From an uncultured bacterium (GTDB lineage: Bacteria; Patescibacteriota; Minisyncoccia; Phycocordibacterales; UBA9973), in NCBI GenBank assembly GCA_903838985.1, contig CAIMAO010000002.1, positions 1,844-65,843 on the forward strand: a stretch of DNA of 64,000 bases. Direction: 5' to 3'. This document shows positions 1 to 9,858 of this stretch, piece by piece (position 1 is the stretch's first letter; each line of letters opens with the position of its first letter). A program made the translations under genes and the position numbers. The notes under the pieces are model-generated. The model saw only the letters and a program-made list of their open reading frames with translations. It was not told the origin of the DNA and did no database searches.

Positions 1-217
1 AACTGTATCTAAAAAGGCAGTTGCGAGAAACTTATTACGCAGACGAGGAGATGCTGTTTTGAAGAAATATTTTAAGGACTTCCCTGTTAATTTGTTGGGA
101 GTGTTTGTTTTTGGTAAAAAAAGTATGGAAGTTTTTGGTGGTAGAAAAAATAAAAGCTATTCTCCAATAAATAATTTAGAAAATGAAATTAAAAATATTC
201 TCAACAAAATTAATTAA
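1..217 (+). CDS. rnpA: Ribonuclease P protein component, 5'-truncated by the window edge
   Basis: Frame 2 reads [16 protein letters not shown]...NKIN* (RNR-type motif) with stop at 215-217; canonical position upstream of yidD-yidC-jag. Not in the ORF track. Confidence 0.85.
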   Translation, partial: TVSKKAVARNLLRRRGDAVLKKYFKDFPVNLLGVFVFGKKSMEVFGGRKNKSYSPINNLENEIKNILNKIN

Positions 218-428
218 TTTTTATCAGAAATTTTTATCGCCTATTAAAAAAACCTTTATTTATATAGGTTTTTTAGGAAATAATTCTTGTGTATTTTATC
301 CTACCTGTTCAGAATATACAAAAGAAGCTGTGGAAAAACATGGTTTTTTAAAAGGTTTTTATTTAGGATTTTTACGAATTCTTCGTTGCCACCCATGGCA
401 AAAAAACCACATAGATCCAGTGAAATAA
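183..428 (+). CDS. yidD: Membrane protein insertion efficiency factor YidD
   Basis: [10 protein letters not shown] and RILRCHPW motifs; lies between rnpA and yidC. Confidence 0.92.
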   Translation: MKLKIFSTKLINFYQKFLSPIKKTFIYIGFLGNNSCVFYPTCSEYTKEAVEKHGFLKGFYLGFLRILRCHPWQKNHIDPVK

Positions 429-538
429 AAAAGAGAATAACTTTTTTGCCGGTACGGATTTTTTGAAGCTTAAAAAATCCTGAAATTCTCGCGCCGTCGC
501 GCTCGAAACCCCTTAAAAAGTTACTCTCTTTTTTATTT
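423..538. repeat. Hairpin element, family A, copy 1
   Basis: 24-bp inverted arms 423-446/515-538 (1 mismatch) around a 67-bp core (448-514) identical to 1869-1935. Confidence 0.9.
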
Positions 539-579
539 AGAAATTTTGATTTTTAAGCTTTTTCGTATAGAATGAAGAG

Positions 580-1317
580 ATGTTAATGTTATCAAGTATT
601 TGGAACACTATTTTATATGCGCCACTTTTAAATGCATTAGCATTTTTAGTTTCTATCATTCCAGGAGGTGATGTAGGTGTCGCTGTTATAATACTTACAC
701 TGTTTGTCAAAGCAGTGTTATTCCCTCTCTCTCAGCGCTCAATAGATAGTCAAATCAAAATGACCTTAATGGCCCCTGAGCTTAAAAAGATAAAAGATAG
801 CGGGGCAAGTAAAGAAGAACAAGCAAAACAAACATTTGAACTTTATAAACACCACAAAACCAACCCTTTTTCTGGTTGTCTTTTGGTTTTAATACAAATA
901 CCTATTATTTTTGCCCTTTATTACGTGTTTTATAAAGGCATAAACCTTGACGGTAGTCTTTTATACTCGTTTATACATGCTCCAGTACATATAAATATGA
1001 CATTTTTGGGTATTTTGGATATGAGTCAAAAAAGCCTTATTTTAGCAGTTTTGGCTGGTATTTCTCAGTATTTTCAAGCAAGTCTTATGCCTAAACCAGC
1101 AGTTTCAGGGGGCACAGGTGAGTCTTTTCAAGAGAATCTTACTAAAAGTATGCAAACCCAGATGAAGTATGTCTTTCCATTTATTATAGCCTTTATTGCA
1201 TATAGAGTTTCTGGTGCAGTTGCATTATATTGGATTACGAGTAATATATTTGCCATAGGGCAACAAATATACGCAAACAAGAAAAAACAGCTTGCCTTAG
1301 AAGCTATAAAGAAATAA
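580..1317 (+). CDS. yidC: Membrane protein insertase YidC/Oxa1 family
   Basis: NPFSGCLLVLIQIPI and ALYWITSN motifs, multiple TM segments. Confidence 0.93.
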   Translation: MLMLSSIWNTILYAPLLNALAFLVSIIPGGDVGVAVIILTLFVKAVLFPLSQRSIDSQIKMTLMAPELKKIKDSGASKEEQAKQTFELYKHHKTNPFSGCLLVLIQIPIIFALYYVFYKGINLDGSLLYSFIHAPVHINMTFLGILDMSQKSLILAVLAGISQYFQASLMPKPAVSGGTGESFQENLTKSMQTQMKYVFPFIIAFIAYRVSGAVALYWITSNIFAIGQQIYANKKKQLALEAIKK

Positions 1318-1329
1318 ACCTTATATTTT

Positions 1330-1848
1330 ATGGATAAAACAGAAATACAGAATTTAATAAAGGAATTAATTGAAAAAACCACAATTTCTGTGGGTAAGGT
1401 TTCTGTCGATGAAGATAAGCCAGCCACACTTAAATCAAATGGAGATAAAACCACTTGGTTTTCAGTAGAAGTAAGTCAACCTCATTATTTTTGGGAACGT
1501 GGAGGTGAAGCTCTTTTTGCCTTAAATCACCTTGTTCGTAGGATTATAGAAAACAAACTTCACCCGATTTCTTCTGCCTTAGAAACAGAAGGAAAAAAGG
1601 AAGGTTTAGGAATCTTAATTGATATTAATGGTTTTCAAAAGAAACGTATAGAAAATATACACGCAATAGCTCACATGATGGCTGAAAGATCTAGATATTT
1701 TAAATCAAATATAGAAGTTGATCCAATGCCAGCTTTTGAACGCAGAATTGTTCATGAATTTTTATCTGATGCCACTGACCTTAAAACTGAATCACAAGGC
1801 GAAGGTCTTTCTCGTAGGGTTGTTATTAAGTATATAGGAAGTATTTAA
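1330..1848 (+). CDS. jag: Jag/KhpB-like RNA-binding protein (degenerate KH + R3H)
   Basis: PMPAFERRIVHEFL R3H motif and SQGEGLSRRVVI C-terminus; follows yidC. Confidence 0.85.
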   Translation: MDKTEIQNLIKELIEKTTISVGKVSVDEDKPATLKSNGDKTTWFSVEVSQPHYFWERGGEALFALNHLVRRIIENKLHPISSALETEGKKEGLGILIDINGFQKKRIENIHAIAHMMAERSRYFKSNIEVDPMPAFERRIVHEFLSDATDLKTESQGEGLSRRVVIKYIGSI

Positions 1849-1957
1849 AGCTAAAGAAACAACTTTTTGCCGGTACGGATTTTTTGAAGCTTAAAAAATC
1901 CTGAAATTCTCGCGCCGTCGCGCTCGAAACCCCTTAAAAAGTTATTTCTTTAGCTTT
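1847..1957. repeat. Hairpin element, family A, copy 2
   Basis: 22-bp inverted arms 1847-1868/1936-1957 (1 mismatch); core identical to copy 1; fills the whole gap between two convergent stop codons. Confidence 0.9.
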
Positions 1958-3346
1958 CTATTTTAGTGAAAGTTCCCAAAGATAAGAATCTTTTTTGTTT
2001 AAGAAAAATAAGTAGTTTTGATTATCATCTAGACCAAGTTTTATAGCATCCACGTCTTCCCCTCCGTCTGTCGACGGGTCTGAAACAATTGTTGCGTTTC
2101 CGCTTTTTGCATCTATTTTCCAAATTACATCTGAAAAAGAAACTTCTCCTTGATACCAAGAATCAGGATAATTTCCGTTGTCTATATATTTTGGTACAGC
2201 ACAATATAACACATCGCTTGTGGTAGCCCAGACACATTTTTCTGGCAATGTTTTTACACCAGCAGAATAAGTATTTCTGGTATCTAGGCTTAAAATATTT
2301 AAAGATAAATTTTTGTCTCCATAAAGAACCATTTTCCCATCAGGGCTTGTGAGTGTAGTTAATCCCGCTATTCCTCCTAATATTTTACTAAAATCTTTTT
2401 TATTTGGATTGGTAGAATATGCGAAACCGAGAGCATAAGCAGAAGGTTTGGTGGTGAGTGTCACAACCTTATCATTAGGCCAAAGAGAAAGCCATTCTGT
2501 AAATGGTGAACTGAATATTTGAACTTTTGTGCTTGTTTGTAATGATGCTGTGACGCCTGCGACAGTGTCTCCTGTGTTAAACAAATAAAATACTTTTGAA
2601 GTGTCTGGAGAAATGCTTATATCTGTTATGTTTTCTGGCAAAAACGAACCCTTCACTTCACTTGTGCCTATTGAGTCTGCTCCCAAATATTCTTTTGGAA
2701 GAGCACCTAAAAATGTTTCTATTGTTTTATTATCTGCTTTTAAATATCGCATTATTACAGACCCTCCTTTATTACCAAAAAACGCTTCATATACTTTTGG
2801 TATTACAGTCGAAGAGAATTTTCTTTCATCTAATTTGTCTGCAAACGTTTGATAAATATTTCCTGTTGCTCTATTTACATATCTTATAGCGGGAACAAAT
2901 TCTGTTGGTGGTAAAACTGGTGCTGGTAATTTTTGTTTTTTATCTTTTGTTGTTGGTGTTTTTGTAATTGGAGTGGTTGTTGCGTCTGTTGTTGTAGGGG
3001 TGACTGGCGTAGTGTTTGGTGTGATGACTGGAACATCTTTAAATCTCTCTTTCATAAATATTCCAAAACCAGCGACTGGGAAACTAGAAACTTTTTTTAA
3101 TTTAGCAACAGATACCTCACTTTCTGTTGGTGGAATATAACCAGAAACATCTGTTGGTGTATTTGTGTCTGTTGGTGCTACTGTTTTATTTTTTCCAAAT
3201 GGTAAAAAGTTTGCAACGAAATTTATACTATCTCCTACCACACCTGTATTTGTGCTCGTTGGTTGATAAAGAGCAAAAACAGTAAAAATACCGATTATTA
3301 TTACTCCAAGGATTACTATTAATAAAATTACATTTCTTTTTGACAT
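1958..3346 (-). CDS. Membrane-anchored hypothetical protein with Thr/Pro-rich linker and probable beta-propeller-like C-terminal region
   Basis: 462-aa ORF, N-terminal TM helix, SISPD/TSPDGK propeller-like repeats. Confidence 0.7.
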   Translation of the reverse strand: MSKRNVILLIVILGVIIIGIFTVFALYQPTSTNTGVVGDSINFVANFLPFGKNKTVAPTDTNTPTDVSGYIPPTESEVSVAKLKKVSSFPVAGFGIFMKERFKDVPVITPNTTPVTPTTTDATTTPITKTPTTKDKKQKLPAPVLPPTEFVPAIRYVNRATGNIYQTFADKLDERKFSSTVIPKVYEAFFGNKGGSVIMRYLKADNKTIETFLGALPKEYLGADSIGTSEVKGSFLPENITDISISPDTSKVFYLFNTGDTVAGVTASLQTSTKVQIFSSPFTEWLSLWPNDKVVTLTTKPSAYALGFAYSTNPNKKDFSKILGGIAGLTTLTSPDGKMVLYGDKNLSLNILSLDTRNTYSAGVKTLPEKCVWATTSDVLYCAVPKYIDNGNYPDSWYQGEVSFSDVIWKIDAKSGNATIVSDPSTDGGEDVDAIKLGLDDNQNYLFFLNKKDSYLWELSLK

Positions 3347-3350
3347 AAAA

Positions 3351-4700
3351 TTAAGAAGGCCATGTGACGAACGTTATTCTCTTTTTAAGATTTGGAGATA
3401 ATTCTCTAATTTTTGTAGAATAAGCAGAGTCTGTTCTCCCTTTCCCACCCTGGGTATCTATCATTAAATTGTTACCTAAATAAATCATTACATGTCCATT
3501 TTTGTCTCCATTGTCGCCAGGCTTCCATCCTATTAAGTCACCAGGATTTAGTTTTGTAAAATCAGCGGTTGATCCTGGAAAAGATTTAGCGTTTGCATTT
3601 GAAAAGATGTCAGTACTGCGATTGCCTGGTTTGGGTAATCCAGCACACACATATACTTGAGCGGCGAAAGAAGAACAATCGACATATATTTTCGAAGAGG
3701 TTGTGGTATTTCTCTTGTCTTGGCTATAGAGAGTTTTACCTACAAATGCTTTAGCTATTCCTGGAACAGCAGCTTTGCCACTGTTTCCGTTTCCATCATT
3801 TCCACTACAAGGAATATTGAAAGGACTCTTTTCGAGAGAGTTTTTACTTATTGGTACAAATGGCTCACTTGATTCACTACCCAAATCATCTATCACTATT
3901 GTTGCATCTGGTAGTTTCAGACAAACATTAAGTAAGTCTGGATTTACTGTGTTTAGTATTAAAAAGGCACCTAGCGCAATGACAAGCCCTAGTATCGCGT
4001 TTGTTATTGTCCCCTTTCCAGCTTCCTTAGAAGCCACTAGCTCGCTTGTGAGGTATTCTATTCCACCCACAGTGATCATTATCATGGCTAATACGGCTGC
4101 TATACCGAGCACTAGTTTTATTATTATTCTTAAATATACACCAAAAGCACAATTCTGAGCAGTATCAAAAGAACTTCCATCAGGATTACCATCCTTACCT
4201 AATCCTAAATCAGGCAATGGGGCAAGAGATTTGTACATTGTGTCGGTGTTTACTTTTTCTGGAGTTGGAGCTGGAGTTGGAGCTGTTTTTGTTTTTGGTA
4301 TGTTTAAATTTAAAGAATCAGCTACACCAACAGTCCCTTCTAAGTCCCAAGCAGATGCATCTATCTTTATAGAAGATGCAGAGGTTGTAAGAGTAACCGA
4401 ACATTCTTTTAAAACAAAATCACTATTTCCAGTTATTTTTGGTATTTGGCATTGGTTACCAGGAGTAAATTTTGTTAATGTTGTTTGTGACGCAGTAAAC
4501 ATGACAAATTCTCCTCCTGTTTTTGTGAAAAGAGTGGCTGTTATTTTTATTGGATCTCCAACTATTTTATTTGCTAAATCTGCCTTTATTACTAAGGGTT
4601 TTTCTTTGGTTTGAGCAACACTAAAAGAAACAAAAAAACTAAACACGAATATTGTTATAAAGGATAGAGTTATTATTTTTTTAAATATATTTGATTTCAT
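3351..4700 (-). CDS. Secreted protein with a pilin-like (TrbC/VirB2-like) TM hairpin fused to a C-terminal NlpC/P60 peptidase domain
   Basis: Signal peptide; GGIEYLTS...GKGTITNAILGL...LNTVNPDL pilin-like hairpin; VDCSSF, PGDLI and GHVMIYLG NlpC/P60 motifs. Confidence 0.75.
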   Translation of the reverse strand: MKSNIFKKIITLSFITIFVFSFFVSFSVAQTKEKPLVIKADLANKIVGDPIKITATLFTKTGGEFVMFTASQTTLTKFTPGNQCQIPKITGNSDFVLKECSVTLTTSASSIKIDASAWDLEGTVGVADSLNLNIPKTKTAPTPAPTPEKVNTDTMYKSLAPLPDLGLGKDGNPDGSSFDTAQNCAFGVYLRIIIKLVLGIAAVLAMIMITVGGIEYLTSELVASKEAGKGTITNAILGLVIALGAFLILNTVNPDLLNVCLKLPDATIVIDDLGSESSEPFVPISKNSLEKSPFNIPCSGNDGNGNSGKAAVPGIAKAFVGKTLYSQDKRNTTTSSKIYVDCSSFAAQVYVCAGLPKPGNRSTDIFSNANAKSFPGSTADFTKLNPGDLIGWKPGDNGDKNGHVMIYLGNNLMIDTQGGKGRTDSAYSTKIRELSPNLKKRITFVTWPS

Positions 4701-4705
4701 TTAAG

Positions 4706-5707
4706 TTAAAAACTAACGGTAATTTGTTTTGCCATTTCTTGGAAAAGGGTATTTATGTTATTAATATCTAAGCTTATTGTTGCATCTCCAGACTGTCCAG
4801 CTTCTGGTTTGACAGATAAAATGTTTTTAGGATTTGGGGCATCTATTTTGTTTCCATTTAAAGACCAACCAAAATCAAGATCCCCAGAATTTATGTTTTT
4901 AGGTGAGAAAAAATATGGTTCTGCGACAATAGTTTTTCCATTTGAATCTATTGAAAAGCCATCAGATAATGATGTTTCCCATTTTGTGCCTAGTGTTGGG
5001 TCGTTTTCATAAAATAATATTTTTGGGTCTATTGGTTGTAAGTTTATTTTACCAGAAGCATTAGTTCCACCAGAAATATCAGAGACCGCTACTTCAACAA
5101 CATTGTTTTTATCTAAATAACTGTTTTGAAATATAAAATAATTTTTACCCCAACCAGAAGAATCTATCTGATTATCATCATCTTTTTTCCAATCGTAAGA
5201 TAAATTAGTCACATCCACCTTACCATTCTGATTTATTATGTTTGGCATTGCTACCACTTTGTATTGTCCTTGGCTTGGAGCTAAAATCCTTCCTTTATAA
5301 AAAGGTGGGGCGTAGGTGTCATAGGCTTCCCAGAGCATATCCACATCAGCGGGTGTTATTGTGATATTTTTTGAGACTGTTTGTCCTTCTAATGTTTCTA
5401 TTGATACAGATAAAACAGTAGGAGTTCCCAAGCTACCCATTCTAAAAGAAAAAGATTTTTTACCTATTCCTTTACTTGTTTCTTGATTGTTTATCAACCA
5501 AGAGATGTTTGCCTTGTCTAAATCTGTAGAATGGCTACTTATTGTGGCACTTACATCTTGATTTGGATTGGGGTTTAGGGGTGAGATAGAAAGCACTATG
5601 TCTGTGCTACGTATTTGTGCAAAAGCAAAAGAACCCAAAAGGGCGACGGCAAGCATTAAAACTAAAATTAAATATTTCTTTCGCATACTATGTATATATT
5701 CTATCAC
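4706..5707 (-). CDS. Secreted hypothetical protein, probably Ig-like beta domains
   Basis: 333-aa ORF (likely start MRKKY), signal peptide, beta-rich; overlaps the stop of the VirB4-like gene. Confidence 0.65.
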   Translation of the reverse strand: MIEYIHSMRKKYLILVLMLAVALLGSFAFAQIRSTDIVLSISPLNPNPNQDVSATISSHSTDLDKANISWLINNQETSKGIGKKSFSFRMGSLGTPTVLSVSIETLEGQTVSKNITITPADVDMLWEAYDTYAPPFYKGRILAPSQGQYKVVAMPNIINQNGKVDVTNLSYDWKKDDDNQIDSSGWGKNYFIFQNSYLDKNNVVEVAVSDISGGTNASGKINLQPIDPKILFYENDPTLGTKWETSLSDGFSIDSNGKTIVAEPYFFSPKNINSGDLDFGWSLNGNKIDAPNPKNILSVKPEAGQSGDATISLDINNINTLFQEMAKQITVSF

Positions 5708-7542
5708 TTTTCTTCTGCTTTTTCTAAGTCTTGTTTTGCTTTTTTGATAGACAATATTTGAGATGGGTCAGAAGTAATTATCTGGTCTTCTGTGTAAGAA
5801 GAAATGATTTTTATAGCCACGTGTTTTAATCCTGCGAAGAATATACCCTCCCCCACACCAGATTCCAAAAGTAAATACTTTTCTTCATCTGTAAGGTTGA
5901 ATGTTTTTTGTAATACATCAATGGTTGTCGGAGATTGTTTTAACAGAAGTTGTATAGAAGAGTTGGTGACGATAGGCACACCGTAGGGGGATTTCATAAA
6001 GTCTGCAGCGTCTTGGGTGATGGTTGAAAGTCCTAAATAGTATTTTCTACCTCTTTTGGCTATAGAGTACAAAAATGAGGCTGTGTCTTCGGATTTCATC
6101 ATCCACCAAGCTTCATCCACCACCAAGAGGCGTTTCTTTAGATTTTTTCTTACAGCTGTCCAGATGTAATGCATTACGATATACATAGCGACTGGTTTAA
6201 GTTCATCTTCCATGTCACGAACAGAAAAGACAACGAATTTTTTATTTATGTCTACATTTGATGGTCTATTTAAGAATGTAGACCAAGATCCTTTGGTGTA
6301 TTTAACCAATCTTTGTATGACTGAGTCACTCCCCTCCATACCACTCAAAACCATTTCAAAATCTGAAAGTAATGGTGGTTCAATGTTTGAAAAATCAGAG
6401 TCTGGTGTTATGTCTTTCATTGCATAAGTTTCTGAAATAGCACGATCAACCATTGAATCTTCTTCTGGTGTAAGTCCACCCAACATCAATCTAAATAAAC
6501 CAACTAAGTTTATTATATTTGACCTCAACACATCTTCTGTAGATTCATCTTCTCGTGGTATTGGTAAATCAAAAGGATTTATGTGGTGATCTGAAGAAAG
6601 AGAAATGTTGAAATATCTTCCACCCACAGCTTCTGCTAAATATTCATATTCCCTTTCAGGGTCTATGACAATGACGTCTACATCAAACATTAGGGATCTC
6701 AAAATTTCTAACTTTGTTGCATAACTTTTACCAGAACCAGATTTAGCGAATGTCACGGAATTGTAGTTTTCTAAAGAAAATCTGTCAAAAATAACTAGAG
6801 AAGAGTTATGTCTATTTACACCATAAAGTATTCCCATGTCTGAAGTTAAGTCAAAAGAGACGAATGGAAAGACGCTAGAAAGTGGTTCTGAATTTAATTT
6901 TTGGTGTATGTTTAATAAGTCAGTGCCAAGAGGCATAACACTTTTAAAACCTTCTTCTTGTTGGAAAAGTGCTGGTTTTATATAGATCAATCTGGATTCT
7001 AGTATTGATTTTATTTCATTCTCTATTTTGTAAAGTTCGAGTTCGTTGTCTGCATAAACAGTGATGTATATACTCACATCAAACATTTTTTCTTGTGCTT
7101 GTATTAAACTATCACGAAGACCTTCCAAATCTTGATATGCTGTGTCTAGCATTGGATCTCGCACCATCCCCCTTTTTTCACGCACACTTATTTGACTTTG
7201 AACTTCAGCAACTTTTTTCTGGAATTGTCTCAAAGCTAAAGATGTATCTATTGGATGAATAAATATCGAGACATCAAAAACTTTATCCAAATTTATTATT
7301 GGAGAAAACCAATTATCACTCAAAAATCTAGGATAAGAAATTATGAAAAAAGTACGGGCTATTTTATCACCTAGATTTATTGATTTTGATTCTATTTTTA
7401 AAGCAGAGGGAGCTATTATGTCTTGAAGTTCAAGTTTAGCAGACTCATATATTTCTTCTGGCAACACCGCTAAAACAGAAGCATTGGTTGCTTTGTTTTT
7501 TTCTAGTTTATTTTTTCCAAATAATTTATCTAATATTCCCAT
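5704..7542 (-). CDS. virB4: VirB4/TraC/ConE-like type IV secretion ATPase
   Basis: Walker A AKSGSGKS, IDPEREY, Walker B LLVVDEAW, KRGRKY and ITQD motifs. Confidence 0.88.
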   Translation of the reverse strand: MGILDKLFGKNKLEKNKATNASVLAVLPEEIYESAKLELQDIIAPSALKIESKSINLGDKIARTFFIISYPRFLSDNWFSPIINLDKVFDVSIFIHPIDTSLALRQFQKKVAEVQSQISVREKRGMVRDPMLDTAYQDLEGLRDSLIQAQEKMFDVSIYITVYADNELELYKIENEIKSILESRLIYIKPALFQQEEGFKSVMPLGTDLLNIHQKLNSEPLSSVFPFVSFDLTSDMGILYGVNRHNSSLVIFDRFSLENYNSVTFAKSGSGKSYATKLEILRSLMFDVDVIVIDPEREYEYLAEAVGGRYFNISLSSDHHINPFDLPIPREDESTEDVLRSNIINLVGLFRLMLGGLTPEEDSMVDRAISETYAMKDITPDSDFSNIEPPLLSDFEMVLSGMEGSDSVIQRLVKYTKGSWSTFLNRPSNVDINKKFVVFSVRDMEDELKPVAMYIVMHYIWTAVRKNLKKRLLVVDEAWWMMKSEDTASFLYSIAKRGRKYYLGLSTITQDAADFMKSPYGVPIVTNSSIQLLLKQSPTTIDVLQKTFNLTDEEKYLLLESGVGEGIFFAGLKHVAIKIISSYTEDQIITSDPSQILSIKKAKQDLEKAEEK

Positions 7543-7570
7543 AATTTTGCTTTATAAACTTTATAACTTT

Positions 7571-8212
7571 TTACTTTTCCAACTCTATCTTACCCTCCAA
7601 TTCTCCTGGATTGAAAACTTTATAAAATACTTCCACAACTTCTTCTGTTCCAAGCTGAACTGATTTTATTCCACAACGTGAAAGTCCTTGTTGTATGACT
7701 CCTACCCTCTGGTCTAATTGTGATCTTTTTTCCTCGAAATCTAACTGATTTTTTAATTCTTCTTCCTTTTTGTTTCTTTTTGAAAATAAACCGTCAAATA
7801 TACCTGCTTTTGGTTTTAAGTTCACGTGTGTGTAAGGCACAACAACAAAAAAGTTTTTTGTCATTATACTGACAGATTCGGTGAAATTTTTTATAAATTC
7901 TATATATTCTTTTGTTTGTAATTTAAGTAATGGTTCACTTTGCACCTTCATTCTGTTTTCTAATAATAAAAGATAATGTCTTATGTCGAGTCTTCTAGAT
8001 TGAACGGAAATTTGTACAGAAAAATCAAGGGTATTTAAGAAATTTTGGAATTGTAGTATTGTGGCTCTTTGTTCATCTTCTGATTTTAGAGATAGGTTGA
8101 CTGAATTGGCAAGAACAATAGCTCGAAGGTCTCCACCTTTCAAGACGACAATACCATCACGGACTTCCTTGATTGGTACAAACTCTTGAGTTGCTTTTGC
8201 GTTTAATGCCAT
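7571..8212 (-). CDS. TraC/VirB4-associated hypothetical protein
   Basis: VNLSLKSEDEQ...FQNFLNTLDF; sits between prgI and the VirB4-like gene. Confidence 0.7.
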   Translation of the reverse strand: MALNAKATQEFVPIKEVRDGIVVLKGGDLRAIVLANSVNLSLKSEDEQRATILQFQNFLNTLDFSVQISVQSRRLDIRHYLLLLENRMKVQSEPLLKLQTKEYIEFIKNFTESVSIMTKNFFVVVPYTHVNLKPKAGIFDGLFSKRNKKEEELKNQLDFEEKRSQLDQRVGVIQQGLSRCGIKSVQLGTEEVVEVFYKVFNPGELEGKIELEK

Positions 8213-8216
8213 AATT

Positions 8217-8651
8217 TTAATTATTTTCTTCTTTTTTCATATCAAGCACATCCAGACTCCAAGCCAAATCTCGAAGTTTGCTTCCACTAAGCCTTGAACC
8301 ATTTTGCAAGGTTTCCTGTTTTAACACTGCTGCTGCTTTCATTTCTTCTTGTTCTTGTTTGTTTACTTTATTTAGATGTCTTTTCCAAATATAGAGTCTG
8401 TCGTGTGATGCGAATTTTATTCCAGCCTCAATCATATTTATAAAAGGTTTTCCGTTTGGGTGATAAAAAGTAAGTGCTCCAGAAAGACCAGCAATTAATA
8501 AAATAGGAATAGCCCCTATCCATATTCCTAATAATTTAAACAATGTATAGCATAGTCCTGCCCCGCCAGCCAAATAAGCAAACTCCTTAAAAGTAAAAGG
8601 GCCGAAAATTTTATCCTCTATTTCCAAAAATTGTGGTACTTTGAATTGCAT
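8217..8651 (-). CDS. prgI: PrgI family protein (VirB3-like)
   Basis: MQFKVPQFLEIEDKIFGPFTFKEF N-terminus plus two TM helices. Confidence 0.85.
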   Translation of the reverse strand: MQFKVPQFLEIEDKIFGPFTFKEFAYLAGGAGLCYTLFKLLGIWIGAIPILLIAGLSGALTFYHPNGKPFINMIEAGIKFASHDRLYIWKRHLNKVNKQEQEEMKAAAVLKQETLQNGSRLSGSKLRDLAWSLDVLDMKKEENN

Positions 8652-8742
8652 AAATTAGTTTCTAGGCGCTCGTGACTAGATTCTAGTTAATTATAATATA
8701 TATTTACTCTAGAAACTAGAAACTAAAACTATTTTGAACTTC

Positions 8743-9345
8743 TTATTCTATAGGCATTCTGTATGGATCTACTTTTGGTAGTTTTGTTTTAGCGTCTTCT
8801 GTACTTTTTGTCATATTTCCAAGTGAATGATCTGTTTCTTTTGTTGTCGCCTGGAAAGAACCACCAAGTTTTTGGGACAAAATAGAAGGTGTTTCTTTAT
8901 TCATTGTTTGTATTGGTGTTGGGTTTTCTATTTTATTTAACAAGTTTTCCCTATTTTCAATAATTTCTCTATCTTTTACAGGAGCTTCTATTTTACTTTC
9001 ATCTTTTGGTTTTCTATTTTCAATAATTTTTACAAGCTCTTCACGAATTCTTTTGAAAACTTTTTCATTCATATCATTTACCAATTCATCAATTTTATTT
9101 TTAGGCATACCCAATCTTTTTTCTAACTCTTTTGGATATTCTTCTGGATTAATAAGCCCACAAAGCAGTAGTTCTGTTTCTGTTTCTAAGTCTTCTAGTT
9201 GCTCGTAGCTATATCCTTTTTCTGTTCGCATTCCCAAGATAGTTGATTTCCAATCAACAGCATCAATAGCCCTCCTACTATCTTCTGGAAGTTCCGCTTT
9301 AGCCTTTTCTATTTTTATTTGTAATAAATCTACGGTTGTATTCAT
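8743..9345 (-). CDS. Hypothetical protein, paralog of the adjacent gene
   Basis: Likely start MNTT at 9345; C-terminal DPYRMPIE; shares LPxxSxxAI..W and LETxLxLxGL with 9353-9853. Confidence 0.65.
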   Translation of the reverse strand: MNTTVDLLQIKIEKAKAELPEDSRRAIDAVDWKSTILGMRTEKGYSYEQLEDLETETELLLCGLINPEEYPKELEKRLGMPKNKIDELVNDMNEKVFKRIREELVKIIENRKPKDESKIEAPVKDREIIENRENLLNKIENPTPIQTMNKETPSILSQKLGGSFQATTKETDHSLGNMTKSTEDAKTKLPKVDPYRMPIE

Positions 9346-9352
9346 AATATTT

Positions 9353-9853
9353 TTATATAACAAACTTATTTTTAATGTCTTCAATTTTAGAATTATTATT
9401 TATAGTATTATCTTCTGTGTTCACAACATCGTCGTTAGAATCGTAACTTCTTTCAAGAAAAGCAGAATAATCGCCACCAGAGAGTATAAAATCAACTGTT
9501 TGTTCATAACCTATTTTTTTGTTTATTAGCTTATCTTCTGCTTGTTTTGATAATTGGTAATATATGGGATTAAAAATTTTCTGAGCAACAATTTTAGCAA
9601 TTTCTTCTGCTTCATTTTTGCCTACACCTACATTGTTTTCAATGTTTAAAACATAGGAATCTCCTTCTGTTAATCCTAATAACATTAGGGCTGTTTCTAG
9701 TTGGAAATCATTTAATTCATTATCAGTAAGTAAGTATTTTTTGCTAATTTCTTCTGTAATTTGTTCCCAACGAGAAGAATTAATTGCATCTTGTGATTCT
9801 TTTGGTAGATTTTTTATTTCCTCATTAAATTTTTGTTTTAATTTTTCAGTCAT
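9353..9853 (-). CDS. Hypothetical protein, paralog of 8743-9345
   Basis: 166-aa helical ORF with motifs shared with its neighbour. Confidence 0.65.
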   Translation of the reverse strand: MTEKLKQKFNEEIKNLPKESQDAINSSRWEQITEEISKKYLLTDNELNDFQLETALMLLGLTEGDSYVLNIENNVGVGKNEAEEIAKIVAQKIFNPIYYQLSKQAEDKLINKKIGYEQTVDFILSGGDYSAFLERSYDSNDDVVNTEDNTINNNSKIEDIKNKFVI

Positions 9854-9858
9854 ATTTT

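Noticed and set aside
8655-8730. ctagaaa heptamer repeats and a short inverted repeat upstream of prgI
   Set aside because: Too short and low-complexity to assign a function; it lacks the GC core of the hairpin elements.
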